Below are positions 21,267 to 32,402 of a stretch of DNA of 64,000 nucleotides, piece after piece; the stretch's first letter is position 1; each line of letters starts with the position of its first letter. The translations under genes were made by a program, and so were the position numbers. The stretch is from the NCBI GenBank assembly GCA_963845755.1, contig CAWJTV010000019.1:288001-352000 (forward strand), given 5' to 3'. Source of the DNA: an uncultured Planctomycetota bacterium. GTDB lineage: Bacteria; Planctomycetota; Planctomycetia; Isosphaerales; Isosphaeraceae. Below the pieces are notes generated by a model that saw only the letters and a list, made by a program, of their open reading frames with translations, did no database searches and had not been told where the DNA came from.

Positions 21267-22177
21267 CAGTGTTTTTCCGCGAGGGCGCCGAGGAAGACTT
21301 CTTCGAGAGTGCTCCGCCTGGGGCGGAGCGAGCGGATCTGTTCGCCGGCCTCGCGGGCGACCTCCCAGACGACGGCAGGCGCCGTGTCGGGAGGGAGCCA
21401 GGCCAGGAGGTGGTCGTCGACCGTCTCGGTCGTGATGCCCCGCGCAGCGAGCTGTCCGGAGAACCGGACCGGATCGCCCTTGACGCGGACCTCGATCTGA
21501 AGGTTGTGAGCTTGTTTGAGGTCGGCGATCCGTCCCTGGGCCAGCAGCCGGCCGTTGCCGAGGACCATGACATAATCGCAGACGGACTCGACGTCGGGGA
21601 GCAGGTGGGAGGAGAACAGCAGACTCATCCCCTTGTTGCGCGACAGGTCTCGGGTCAGCTCCAGGACGTCGTCCCGACCGGCCGGATCCATTCCGTTAGT
21701 CGGCTCGTCGAGGATCAGCAGCCGCGGGTCGTGCACGATCGCCGCGGCGATCTTGAACCGCTGCTTCATCCCGGTCGAATACGACTCGACGCGCCGGTAG
21801 CGCGCCTCGCCCAGGCCCACGTAGTCGAGCACCTCATCGGCGCGCTGCAAGGCGTCCTTGCGGCCCATCCCGACCAGCTCTCCCGCGAAGGCGACGGCCG
21901 ACACGCCATTCATGCCGGGGAACAGGCACTCGTCCTCCGGTACGAACCCGGCGGCCTGGCGGATCGCCAGCCGCCGCGCGCGGATATCCATCCCCAGAAC
22001 CTGCCCCTGTCCCGAATCGATCGCGATCAGGCCGAGCAGGGTGCGGATCATCGTCGTCTTGCCGGCACCGTTGGGACCGAGCAGGCCGATCGCGCCCTCC
22101 GGCAACGCGACCGACAATCCGCGCACCGCCGTGACCTTCCCGTAGGTCTTGGTGACATTCTGCAGATCGATGAGCAT
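21266..22177 (-). CDS. ABC transporter ATP-binding protein
   Basis: GPNGAGKTT, YSTGMKQR, LILDEPT, FSSHLL. Confidence 0.93.
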   Translation of the reverse strand: MLIDLQNVTKTYGKVTAVRGLSVALPEGAIGLLGPNGAGKTTMIRTLLGLIAIDSGQGQVLGMDIRARRLAIRQAAGFVPEDECLFPGMNGVSAVAFAGELVGMGRKDALQRADEVLDYVGLGEARYRRVESYSTGMKQRFKIAAAIVHDPRLLILDEPTNGMDPAGRDDVLELTRDLSRNKGMSLLFSSHLLPDVESVCDYVMVLGNGRLLAQGRIADLKQAHNLQIEVRVKGDPVRFSGQLAARGITTETVDDHLLAWLPPDTAPAVVWEVAREAGEQIRSLRPRRSTLEEVFLGALAEKH

Positions 22178-22399
22178 CGACGATCCCGATCACGGCCAGC
22201 CCGCGCCGGCTCCCTCTGGACCCCCGAGGATGCCCTGCGCAACCCCGGAAGAACTACCTGTGACACTTCCTTCTCAATTCGCGCAACAGTCCCGAATATT
22301 ATTTGGCGAGACAGGCTTTCACTGCAAGCGCGCAGCGTCGCTCCCCGGGCCTTGTGCCCCGGTCGTCGCCCCTTTCGCCTCGAGGACGCGGATTTTTTT

Positions 22400-22425
22400 G
22401 TAACCTCGGCTTCGTCTGGAACCAC
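22400..22425 (+). promoter_or_regulatory. Putative ECF-type promoter
   Basis: T-tract then GTAACC-N15-ACCAC; same spacing as the sites at 33967-33992 and 36671-36696. Confidence 0.5.
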
Positions 22426-22518
22426 ATACATTGAGGGATGCGGCCCAAGAACATCGATTGTGGGGGTGAGCCGAGGCCAGCGACGGTGCTCCAGACCGTC
22501 GGCGATCAAGAGGGCTAG

Positions 22519-22942
22519 CCTGGATTCCCATGGAGGCAGATTGGGCTAACATTTGTTGCCGCATGATTGGAAAAAAGCCCGCGATACTCAGCTTTTCGCC
22601 TCGGAACTGGTTATGCTCCTCCAAGAGTTAAAGGTGGGTCTCCCACTAAGTTAACTTGATCACCATGGATGATATGTTCGTCGATCGAATCTCACTTCCT
22701 CCTGGAAAACAAGGGGTTCTTGCGACAAATCTATCGAATTCACCACAGTGGATGCATTGAGTTGACACCGTGGATGCTCTTTTTTCAGTTTACGGATCAC
22801 CTAACATCGAGAGAGGCGTTTCGATGAGCCGTTTCAAGCCAGAACCACTTGAAATCCAGGGGAAAACCCACTTCGACGAATTTTGCTTCGTTTATGGATT
22901 GCGTCGTAGCCTACCCCGTTTTTGCCTCCATGGGAATCCAGG
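22519..22942. mobile_element. 424-bp non-autonomous element (MITE or internally deleted IS)
   Basis: Perfect 20-bp TIR CCTGGATTCCCATGGAGGCA, CTAG on both flanks, AT-richer interior, no transposase ORF. Confidence 0.8.
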
Positions 22943-23033
22943 CTAGGTAGTCGCCTCGGATCGATGACCTGCCCCATCGCGAATCACCCGAGAAACACAT
23001 TCCACGCCGGGACGTTCTCTGGGCGTTGCGGGA

Positions 23034-23438
23034 GTGCTCATGGAATCGTGGTTCGATGCCAGCCGGAGTCAACGACAAGCCGCCATTCATGAAGAGCTGG
23101 ACCGGTTACCGCGCGTGCATCGCACGGTGATCATCCTCTGCGGTTTCGAACGCCTACCGATCGAGCGGGCGGCCAGGGAATTGCGATGGCCGATCAGGAT
23201 CCTCGATCGACGACTCTCACGGGCACTGAAACATCTCCGGATACGCCTGGTCCGGCGTTTCTACGATGGTCCCGTGAGCATCTGGGATTCCGATATTCTC
23301 AAGGACATGGCGGCCGTCGTTCCCAGGAGTCTGATAGAATCCACGATTGCCGCCGCAACCGGCTACCTCTACCCACCCGCCGTTTCCGGGTCTCGCTACC
23401 GGGACCGCAAACTCCCGGGAAGATCCGTCTCGCCCTGA
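23034..23438 (+). CDS. Sigma-70 region 4-only protein
   Basis: IHEELDRLPRVHRTVIILC..AARELRWP..RLSRALKHLRIRL, then VVPRSLIESTIAAA; no region 2. Confidence 0.65.
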   Translation: MLMESWFDASRSQRQAAIHEELDRLPRVHRTVIILCGFERLPIERAARELRWPIRILDRRLSRALKHLRIRLVRRFYDGPVSIWDSDILKDMAAVVPRSLIESTIAAATGYLYPPAVSGSRYRDRKLPGRSVSP

Positions 23439-23572
23439 GCCCTCGCGATCGGCTGCCGCCTCCCTCCATCGAGCGACCGTTGACTCATGATCCCGCTGGC
23501 GAGAGGACGCATTGGGCCCGAGAGGGTACAATCCACCGTCGGAGATTCTCCGCTCCATGCGCACATCTTTCC

Positions 23573-23646
23573 GATTTGAGATTCGCGATTCCATAATGAC
23601 GGATCCGGAATCCGTGATCGCGAATCCGGAATCCCGAATCGGAAAT
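23573..23646. repeat. Inverted heptamer arrays
   Basis: GATTTGA GATTCGC GATTCCA followed by GGATCCG GAATCCG TGATCGC GAATCCG GAATCCC GAATCGG. Confidence 0.6.
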
Positions 23647-23693
23647 GCCGTTGCGGCCGTGCCGCATGAGGAAGCGATGCAGAAAGGCGTGCC

Positions 23694-24287
23694 ATGTCTA
23701 CCGATGAAGTAGGGCCAGGGCGTTCGGCTAGCATCCAGGAGCTATTGACCCGGATCAAGGACGGCGACGATGGAGCCGCACGCGAGTTGCTGACCCGCTA
23801 CGAGTTTAAGGTTCGCCTGGTCGTCCGCCGGCAATTGCCAAGGCTGTTGAGGTCACGCTTCGATTCGCTCGACTTCCTCCAGAGCGTCTGGGGGAGCTTC
23901 TTCCACAAGATCCGTACGGGACCTAACGACCTGACGAATGAGGAGAACCTGATCGCGTTCCTGGCATGGGCGGCGAGGAATAAAGTCATCGACGAGTGCC
24001 GTCGGGCCGCCACCCTGAAACAGGATATCAATCGAGAGGAACGGCTCGAGATCCAGGGGGACAAGGAGACACGCCTGGCCGCGGGCGATTCGCCAAGTCA
24101 ACTGGCTCAGGCCCACGAGATTTATGATCGCCTGCGCGACATGCTGCCGGAAGATCGACGGGTCATCCTGGATCTCAAGGCGGCCGGATATTCGTGCAGC
24201 GAGATCGGCGACCGGCTTGGCCTGAGCGAGCGCACGGTGCAACGCGTGCTGGAAAACCTCAGGGACCGTGCCCAGCTTGGAGACTGA
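23694..24287 (+). CDS. ECF sigma factor, kinase-associated type
   Basis: LLTRIKDGDDGAAREL, RSRFDSLDFLQSV, AARNKVID, SEIGDRLGLSERTVQR. Confidence 0.88.
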   Translation: MSTDEVGPGRSASIQELLTRIKDGDDGAARELLTRYEFKVRLVVRRQLPRLLRSRFDSLDFLQSVWGSFFHKIRTGPNDLTNEENLIAFLAWAARNKVIDECRRAATLKQDINREERLEIQGDKETRLAAGDSPSQLAQAHEIYDRLRDMLPEDRRVILDLKAAGYSCSEIGDRLGLSERTVQRVLENLRDRAQLGD

Positions 24288-24291
24288 TGCG

Positions 24292-27200
24292 ATGAGCCTG
24301 ACGCAATCGGGCCCCAAGTGGGACGACACGACATCGCCGTCCATCGCCTTGTTGGTGCAGAGATACGAAGCCGACTGGCGATCCTCGCCGGGGCCCCACC
24401 CGGATCCTGGGGAGTATCTACCGGGCGATCCGGAAGAGCGGACGGCCGCGCGCCTCGCGCTGTTGCGGGCCGATCTCGTCCTGCGATGGAAAGCACGGGA
24501 TCGATGCCCGATCGAATGGTACCGCGACCGTTATCCCGAACTCGACGGCGACTCCTTGGTGGCGCTGCTCTACGAGGAGTATTGCCTCAGGGAGGAGGCC
24601 GGAGAACGTCCCGAGGCGGCGGAATACCGGGTTCGGTTCCCCGAAGTCGCCGACTCGTTCCAGGAAGTCCTGGAGATTCACGACCTGATCGGCCGCGTCC
24701 GCGCACCCGAATCGCGCGGGCCCGGCCGCAACGGTACGCCGTTCCCGGAGCCCGGTCAGGCCATCGCGGGGTTCCGGCTTGTCGAGGAATTGGGCCGAGG
24801 CGCCTTCGCGCGGGTCTATCTCGCGGAAGAGCAGCATCTGGCCGACCGGCCCGTCGCCCTGAAGGTGACGCGAAGCGGTTCACGAGAGCCGCAGACGCTG
24901 GCGCGGCTCCAGCACACGCACATCGTCCCCGTCTATTCCTACCGGACCGACCCAGCAACCGGCCTGCACCTCCTCTGCATGCCCTATCTCAGCCGGATCA
25001 CGCTCCTGCGGATTCTCAGTGATCCGGGGATCCGATCCGCCCGCACGGGCGCGGACCTCGTCAGGCTGTTGGACCGCATCCAGCCACCGGACGGCGCCCT
25101 GGTAGAGCGCGCCGGCAGTCGCATGGCGCTGGCCCGACGGACCTATGCTCAGGCGATCGCCTGGTGGGGCGCCCGGATGGCCGAGGCGCTTCAACACGCC
25201 CACGACCGACAGGTCTTGCACCGCGACGTCAAGCCTTCGAACGTCCTCGTGACCGGCGACGGCCTGCCGATGCTGCTGGACTTCAACCTCGCGCAGGAGC
25301 CCCGGATCGACGATTCCGATGCCGCGGATGCCTCGGCTGGCGGGACACTCGCGTACATGGCGCCGGAGCATCTGGAGGCGCTCGCGGAAGGCAGGTCGAA
25401 CGCCGTTGACACCCGGTCCGATCTCTATGCCTTGGGCGTCGTGCTTTTCGACTGCCTGGTGAGAGGGACAAGGCCGTTTGCACCGGCATCGAATTCTCGG
25501 ACGATGACCGAGGCCTTGCTCCGCGCGGCGGAGGCCCGCCGCATCGCCGCGCCCCGGCCTGCGCGCGACGCACCCGGACATACCCCCGGCTCTCGAAGCG
25601 GTGGTGAAACGCTGCCTGGCCCCCGAGCCGGGTAATCGCTACGCCTCGGCCGCACAGCTTGCGGCCGACCTCCAGGCGGTGGCGGATGACCATCCCCTCC
25701 GCTTCGCCCACGAGTCGATCTCCAGCCGTTGCGTCGGCTGGCTCCGCCGGAATCGCCGCCGCCTGGCCTTCGTCGCGCCCCTCCTCCTGGCATTGGGCGT
25801 TTCGATCTACTCTCTGCTCGACGCCCAGTTCGCGGCGCTGCGGCTCAAGGCCGAGGTGAGGCATTGGGTGGACGAGGGCCGGCATTCGGCCGCGGCAGGA
25901 CAGCTCGAGCTCGCCGTGAGCCACTTCGACACGGCTGCCCGGCTCTCCGAAGGCGATGCGAATCTTCAAGAGTGGCACGACTCGATCAAGCGAGAGGAAC
26001 GACTCGCTCGGGAGACCAAGGAGATCAAGGACAAGGCCGAGGAGTTGTTCGAGGTCGGGGAGCGACTTCGGTTCTCCCTGCTCGGCTTCCGAGGCGACCT
26101 CAAGGTCGCCTGCCAGTGGGTAGAATCGGCCCTGGCGAGTTTCTCCATACCGGACGACCCGGATTGGATGCGACGTTCGTTGGGGCTGCTCGACGTGCCC
26201 CGGCGCGACCGCCTGGTCGGCGAGGTCAACGAGCTGCTTTTCCTCTGGGTCTTCGCCATGGACCGCGAGTGGCCCCGCGACCCGGCGGCGGCCCGCCGGG
26301 CCGTCCAGATCTGCGACGTCGCGCTGGCCTTCGCGACGACGGTCGGTCCCTGGCGGGCGATCCGGGATCGTTGCGTCGGGACGCTCGCCGGCGAGCGGAC
26401 CACCTCCCAGGTGCCCGCCCGCACCGAAGGCGAGACGTCGGCCCGCGGTTGCTTCCAGTGGGCGCTCCTGTGCGACCTGGAGGAGCAAACGGAAGCGGCG
26501 GTCGCCTGGCTGGAGCGAGCGACTCTCCTCGAGCCCTCAGACTACTGGTCTCAGTTCTACCTGGGCACCCATCGCTGGCGCCTCGGCCAGAACGGACGAG
26601 CCATGGAGCATTATCAAGCCGCCGTCGCGCTACGGCCCGACTCGCCCTGGGCCCGATGCAACCGGGCGGTCCTCTATCACGCTCGGGGCGACTGGGATCG
26701 GGCTCTGGACGACCTGAATCGGGCACTGGCGTCGCCCCAAGGGGCCGACCTCCTGGAGGCCCGCCTGGAACTCGGCGTCGTGAAGCAAGTCCTCGGCGAT
26801 GACGAGGGAGCGCGCGCGGCCTATGAGACCGTCATCGCCGCCGGGAATGGCAGCGCCCTGCGCGAGCCGGCCGGCTCAACCGTGCGAAGCTCGACTTCGA
26901 CGCCGGCGCTGTGGACCGGGCCTGGGCCGAATACTCGGCGTTGCTGACCGAGGATCCGCGTGACGCCCTCGCGCGGTGGAATCGTGCCCTGTTGGCCGTC
27001 CGGTTGGACCGTGCGGCACTGTGCGAGGCGGATCTCACCATCTTGCTCCACGAGACACCCGAGCGAGCCGACGAGATCCTCGCGCGCCGCGCCCTTGCTC
27101 GGTTGGCACTCGGCCGACTGGAAGGCGCGGAGGAGGACGCCGCAGTCGCCTACCGCCGCAAGCCGAGCCCGAGCCGCGAGCGGCTCTGGGTCCGGACGTT

Positions 27201-28001
27201 ACTCGCCCTGCGCCGCATCGAGGACCTCTTCTGGCTCAGCCGTCCCGATGAACTCACGATCCTACCCGGCGGCGGACCCTCTGTGATGGCCGATCTCCGC
27301 GAGGCGGAGATGCGACTCCGATCGATCAGCCGGGTGAATGGGCGCGAGATGACACCTTCGCGGGTCCACCGAACCCGCGCCGTGCTGCTCGAGCGCACTC
27401 AATGATCCGTCGGCCGAGGCCGAGGCCACCCACGCCATCGCGCTGGCTCCCGAGTCGGCGGACGCCTATCTGGTGCCGCGCCCGTGTCCGCCGCCTATCC
27501 GGCGACCGGCGGTCCGCCTTGGTGGACGTCGAGTCTGCCCTGGCCCTCGCGCCGGGCGATCCGCGCCTGCTCGAGCTACGGGGCATCCTGAAGACCGAAT
27601 CCGGGAACCATCAGGGAGCCCTGATCGACCTGGACCGTGCCATCCTCCGGGGAGCCCCGGGGACGGTCCGTGCACCACGGGCCTCGGCCTTGATGGCCCT
27701 GGGTCGCAACGAGGCCGCCGTCCGCGACTGGTCGCTCGCTCTGGACGAGGATCCCGAGGATGCTGGCGCCTATCTCGGACGGGCCAGGGCTCTCATCCAG
27801 CTCCGACTCCACGACCGGGCCCTGGTTGATCTCGAACAGGCCGCCGACTGGGCCACGGATAGTCCGTCGCTGTTACCACGGATCGCGGCAGCCTACACTC
27901 TCTGCCTGGGTTCGCGACCGGATCAATTCCCGCGCTGGCTCAGCCTCGTTCGACGTGCGTGGTCGGTGTGGAGAGAATCGGCTCGAGCGGGAGATGGCTG
28001 A
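24292..28001 (+). CDS. Ser/Thr protein kinase with TM helix and TPR array (3 frameshifts)
   Basis: LGRGAFARVYLA, VALKV, HRDVKPSN, DFNLA, GTLAYMAPE; TM LAFVAPLLLALGV; TPR repeats in ORFs 25601, 26911 and 27402. Confidence 0.9.
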
Positions 28002-28053
28002 AAGGCAGGGATCGAGCGGGATGCGATGACCGAGCTGGGTCGCCGTTGTGGCA

Positions 28054-29603
28054 TCACCTGTCGGGAGGCGGTGCGGACTTTCGGAGTCGATCCCTCCGGA
28101 ATGGTCGAGGTCCGTCGCCTGCGGCCATGCGGGAAGTCAGATAATCGAAGCCGGCAATTGGTTGGGAGAGGACGGCGTTCAAGGTAAAGACGGTCGCCAG
28201 TCCCAGGCCGGAGAAGACGGAGATCGTCAAACCTCTCCAGCGGCGATCGTGAGGAGTTCGGGATCGGTCCGCAACATCCGCTCCGGCGGCGAGACTCTCG
28301 GCGTTCGCCAGTAGGACCTGGGCCGCATCGTTCGAAATCCAGCCGGTCATCGCCGGCGGAGTTGCAAAGTCACCGACAACTCGGGCCGGATTCCTCCGTT
28401 GATGTCCCAGCGCGACCGCCCCCAGCAACCGAAACCCGCCGGGACCGTTGATCTCCACGAGGGCCTCGGGTTCGTTCTCCCGACCGGACGACGTCAGGGA
28501 CTCAATGTCGTTCCCCGGTCGGGCGCCGGGCCGTTGGGAGACTTCTCGTCCCATTCTTTGTTGACCACAGCGTGGAAGTCGCTCGCGGCCGGGGGCGCGG
28601 GCTCGCCGTCGGACAACAGTCCCCCCGGGGGCCTGGCCGATCGCATCGCCGGCGACCCGACGGCTACCCGCAAGCCCCCGGATTCGTCAGCAGGTGAACC
28701 CGGAGTGGCCTGTGAGCCTCCACTTGACGGTTGTACGCCGCGTCCGGTCGAGGCCGGCGGTGGCGCCGCGAGCCCAGGTGAGATCGCCGAAGGAGAGCCG
28801 GCCGGATCCGCGCTCGGAGCGGTTGTCGGAGGAGAATTCGGCTGGCGGGCCACCCAGAGTTGATAACCGGTCGACGTGGACGGTCCTGCGGATCCGCTCG
28901 AATATCCCCCGGTGATCCCGAAGTAGACGGTTGAGCCCGCAGGCAAGGCACCGAGCCCGCCGTACAGAGACGTGGCGCCACCCTGGCCACCCAACGCCCC
29001 CTCACCGAGCAGGTGACCCGACCCATCGAAAACCAGCAATTGCACCGGGATCGTCGGTGCCGACTGATTCGACTCGAATCCGAACTCCAAGCGCACCACC
29101 CCGGCATTGAGGGTCACACGGTACAGGTCGATGGGATCTCCTGAGCCGAGTGTCCCAACCACGCCGACAAATGGGAGGTTCGGGAAGCCCTGGGCCGTCC
29201 CCAGGGTGTGATGCGGGCGATTCGTTTCGGGCACGACCACATACTGGTCTTGCGTCTGGCCGAGCATCGTCGCGAGGTTACGGCTGGAAAACCAAACCTC
29301 GTCCCCTGAGCCGGCCTGGTCAACGCTCGAGGCCGACCCTCCATCAGAACTCGCCCAGGAAACGGGCTGGGAGACGCTCCGAGGATCGAGATCGCGCAAT
29401 GCGTTGGACATCGCGGCGGCCGCCGGGCTGCGGCTTGGCATGGGTATGCCGTCGTACAATTCGCTCCCCGGATTCCAGCCCGACAACAGGCAACGCCCCT
29501 CCAAGACCTCGAGGCGCGGCCTTATCCGAAGGCTGCGGCGCAACCGCTCGGCCACTTCCTGGCCCGACCTCTCGGTGAGCGTTTGATCGCTAATGGATGG
29601 CAT
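28054..29603 (-). CDS. LEPR-XLL-type exported protein with PPC-like domain and C-terminal hydrophobic segment (frameshifted)
   Basis: RIRPRLEVLEGRCLLS, VVGTLGSGDPIDLYRV, TVYFGIT..YQLWV, C-terminal ISVFSGLGLATVFTL. Confidence 0.65.
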
Positions 29604-29884
29604 CGTGGCTCCGTGGATGCGTCCGGGGCCGTCTACTCTCCGGGGGGGACTGAATAGGTCCCTCAAGACGGTGACGAGATTTCCCGACAAACCCGACAGA
29701 AAATCTCGCAACACGTCCCCTGATGGATCCATCCTCTGAAACGAACCCTCTCTCTGGGGTGAGGGAGGTCTCTGTACGGAGACGTTGCATCCGGATCTTA
29801 TGCCCGAACCGTCGATTATACAAGATGCGACGAAAGGGACGGGTTTCGCTCGAGCTGGCCTCTCGTGAGAAGCGGCTACACCGA

Positions 29885-30544
29885 TTATCCCCGAGGGATG
29901 GTACCCAGCGGCCCCTCATGGGACTCCACGCCGCGACGAATCAAGCGATCCCGCAAAGTCTTCCGAGCCCTCGAAAGCCGCCCCTTGATCGTCCCAACCG
30001 GGCATCGCAACTGCAAGGCGGCTTCCGTGTTGCTCTTTCCCTCCAGGTAACACAAAACCACGGGCAGCCGATAACAATCCGGCAAGCGACTCACCTCTTC
30101 GCGAAGTGACTTGAGAAGAGAGAAGTCGGGCGCGTCAGGGGGATACTCGACTTCGGAGGTGAATCGGTTTCTCTCGCGGTCCCGACGTTGGGCGGCCTTG
30201 AGCCGTACCCTCCGCGCCGTCCGGACGGCGACCCGATGGAGCCATGGGGCGATGCTATCGCTGTGCTTGATCGTAGTCGCACGGCTGGCCAGAATCAGGA
30301 ACGTATTCTGGAAGGCATCTTCAGCATCGTGCTGCTCGTGGAGGACGTCACGGCAAACCGAGAGGACCATCGGTCCATGAAGGTCGATCAAGACTCTGAA
30401 TGCGTCGGGATCCTTGTCGGTGATGAAACGATCCAGAAGGTCTCTCTCCGTCATTGCTCGATGCTCCTCGGACGATCGATACGGGGCCGGAGATCGATTC
30501 GGTCCAGGTGTCGTCCCGCTTGACGTCGCCTGATTTTCGGGCAC
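29885..30544 (-). CDS. ECF sigma factor
   Basis: HGPMVLSVC, DAEDAFQNTF, WLHRVA, LCYLEGKSN, GTIKGRLSRAR. Confidence 0.92.
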   Translation of the reverse strand: MPENQATSSGTTPGPNRSPAPYRSSEEHRAMTERDLLDRFITDKDPDAFRVLIDLHGPMVLSVCRDVLHEQHDAEDAFQNTFLILASRATTIKHSDSIAPWLHRVAVRTARRVRLKAAQRRDRERNRFTSEVEYPPDAPDFSLLKSLREEVSRLPDCYRLPVVLCYLEGKSNTEAALQLRCPVGTIKGRLSRARKTLRDRLIRRGVESHEGPLGTIPRG

Positions 30545-30852
30545 GATAGCCAGAACGACCTGCGGTTCTGTTGCCGGGGTAATCGCGATGCTTGCGTCAA
30601 CTCGAAAGGACTGCTATCGACACTTCCGCTTCAAGGCCGGCGGCCGGACCGACCGCACTTGCCGGCCATGATCCCCGCTGACTCCCTAGTCAAGGACGAG
30701 AACGTTCCGCGTTCCCGACATCAAATTCCGGGGTGGCTCATGGCTCAGGGCGGTGATCCTGACTCCCGTCGTCTTTCCGCGGCCCGGCATCAATGAGGAT
30801 CTCTCCGGACCGCCACGGACAGCCGGGGATCTCGTGTCACCGGTGTCGGGGT

Positions 30853-30904
30853 TCGAAAAGAAAAGGGCGGCCGCTCGCACCATGCGGGATGCGAGTCGGC
30901 CGCC
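30853..30904 (-). terminator. Leader hairpin plus U tract, copy 1
   Basis: GGCGGCCG-A-CTCGCATC-CCGCAT-GGTGCGAG-CGGCCGCC-CTTTTCTTTT. Confidence 0.6.
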
Positions 30905-31226
30905 GTGTTTCCCTGGGGTCCCTGGCCAGGAGAGATGCACCGATCTCGCTGTCTCACCCGGCCGATGGATCCGAGATCGGCGAGCTTCAAGGCGTGCCTG
31001 CGGAGCTCCGCAGGGGCAGCCGTGTATAGCCCGATCGTGCCTACCCCAGCGGCCGATCCCGATACCACGACTCCCCTTTCTACGAGCCCCGGCGGCGGTC
31101 GCAGGAAATCGAGGACATCGCGCTCCCGTGACCCCGGAGTTAATACCCTGGGCGTCTACCAAGACTTCGGCTGATTCCGCCAGGCCGGCGATACGCAAGA
31201 GATGACTTGACGCGGGCGAGACGAGT

Positions 31227-31688
31227 TCATTTTTTCCACGGGCGTTGCAGTCGCCGAATCACGAGAAAACCAAACGACCCAATAACAAGCGTCCGCAACA
31301 CGGCCGCGATGGGGTGAGTCTTGCCCTCGGGGTGAGTCACGGGCTGCCCGTCGCGGACATTGCGATCGTCCACGATCGGCATATCCGTGAACGGTGTTTG
31401 CCCGAGGGCGGCGGGCGTACTCGTGGAAGGCAGATCGTCGGTAAGGACCGGTGTTCTGATGGACTCACTGGAGTCGTCGAAGTCGCCGCTGGCATGGGAT
31501 CCGCGACCACTCGACGTGCGCAACTCGATCGCGCCGACCGTGTCGCGGCCGATTTCGGACGATCGTGCCCCAGAAGTGGCAGGGGTTACGCCGAGAGAGT
31601 CCGTTGACGAATCCCCCAGAACGGTCGTCGTGAGAAGGACAACCGAGCCGAGGACGAACCCAAGTGTTGGAGTTAAACGACCAGTCAT
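31227..31688 (-). CDS. Hypothetical exported protein with C-terminal TM anchor and basic tail
   Basis: Hydrophobic N-terminus, S/T/D-rich middle, VLRTLVIGSFGFLVIRRLQRPWKK. Confidence 0.55.
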   Translation of the reverse strand: MTGRLTPTLGFVLGSVVLLTTTVLGDSSTDSLGVTPATSGARSSEIGRDTVGAIELRTSSGRGSHASGDFDDSSESIRTPVLTDDLPSTSTPAALGQTPFTDMPIVDDRNVRDGQPVTHPEGKTHPIAAVLRTLVIGSFGFLVIRRLQRPWKK

Positions 31689-31820
31689 GATCGGAAGGGA
31701 ATCCTCTGAGGCATCGAGGTCAACTCCCGCTTGATTTCGCGTCCCGCCCCCATCGTGGAATGGGAATTGACGGGCTCGCCTGGCGCTGCCCGCGAGTTTT
31801 CTGGCGCGTGCGGCGAGGTG

Positions 31821-31868
31821 TCGAAAAAAGGGCGCAGGCCGCTCGCATCGTGCGGGATGCGAGCACCC
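31821..31868 (-). terminator. Leader hairpin plus U tract, copy 2
   Basis: GCTCGCATC-CCGCAC-GATGCGAGC-GGCCTGCGCCC-TTTTTT. Confidence 0.55.
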
Positions 31869-32402
31869 TCGAGCCGCTCCCTCGGTCGCCGAGGGAGCGC
31901 GTCCTTGGAATCGATCCGAGAATTATGTCCGTTCTATATAAGGTGGGTGAAACCCACCGGAACTGGGCCGTTTCTCTTCCGAAAAATCGGTAGCGTGACA
32001 ACAGCCTCTCTCGCAAGATCGGCTCGTTCTCACTCGCCTCCATAACCGGCGGCCCTCGGCCCCCGGAACGGCCCCGACCTCAACGCCTCGTCGTCATTTG
32101 GCCTGTTCTTGCGCCTCAGCCGTAGGGCTGCCACTGACACGAGACCGATAGTCCCGAGGATCAAGCTCGATGGCTCGGGGACGGATGATATGACGGATGC
32201 CACAACGAATTGGTCGCCGGAGTCTGAGAATGGTGCACCCGAGTAAACTGTTGAGGTTCCGATTGGCGTAGGTGGGTGAATGGTCGATAGCCCTGCGAGA
32301 GTCTCGGGCGAGTCAGAGCTTTGAAACCCGAACTGCGCCGAGTCTCCCGGTGCCATGAGAGATCCAGCCGGCGCGATGAACTGGATGGAATAACCATCGC
32401 CC

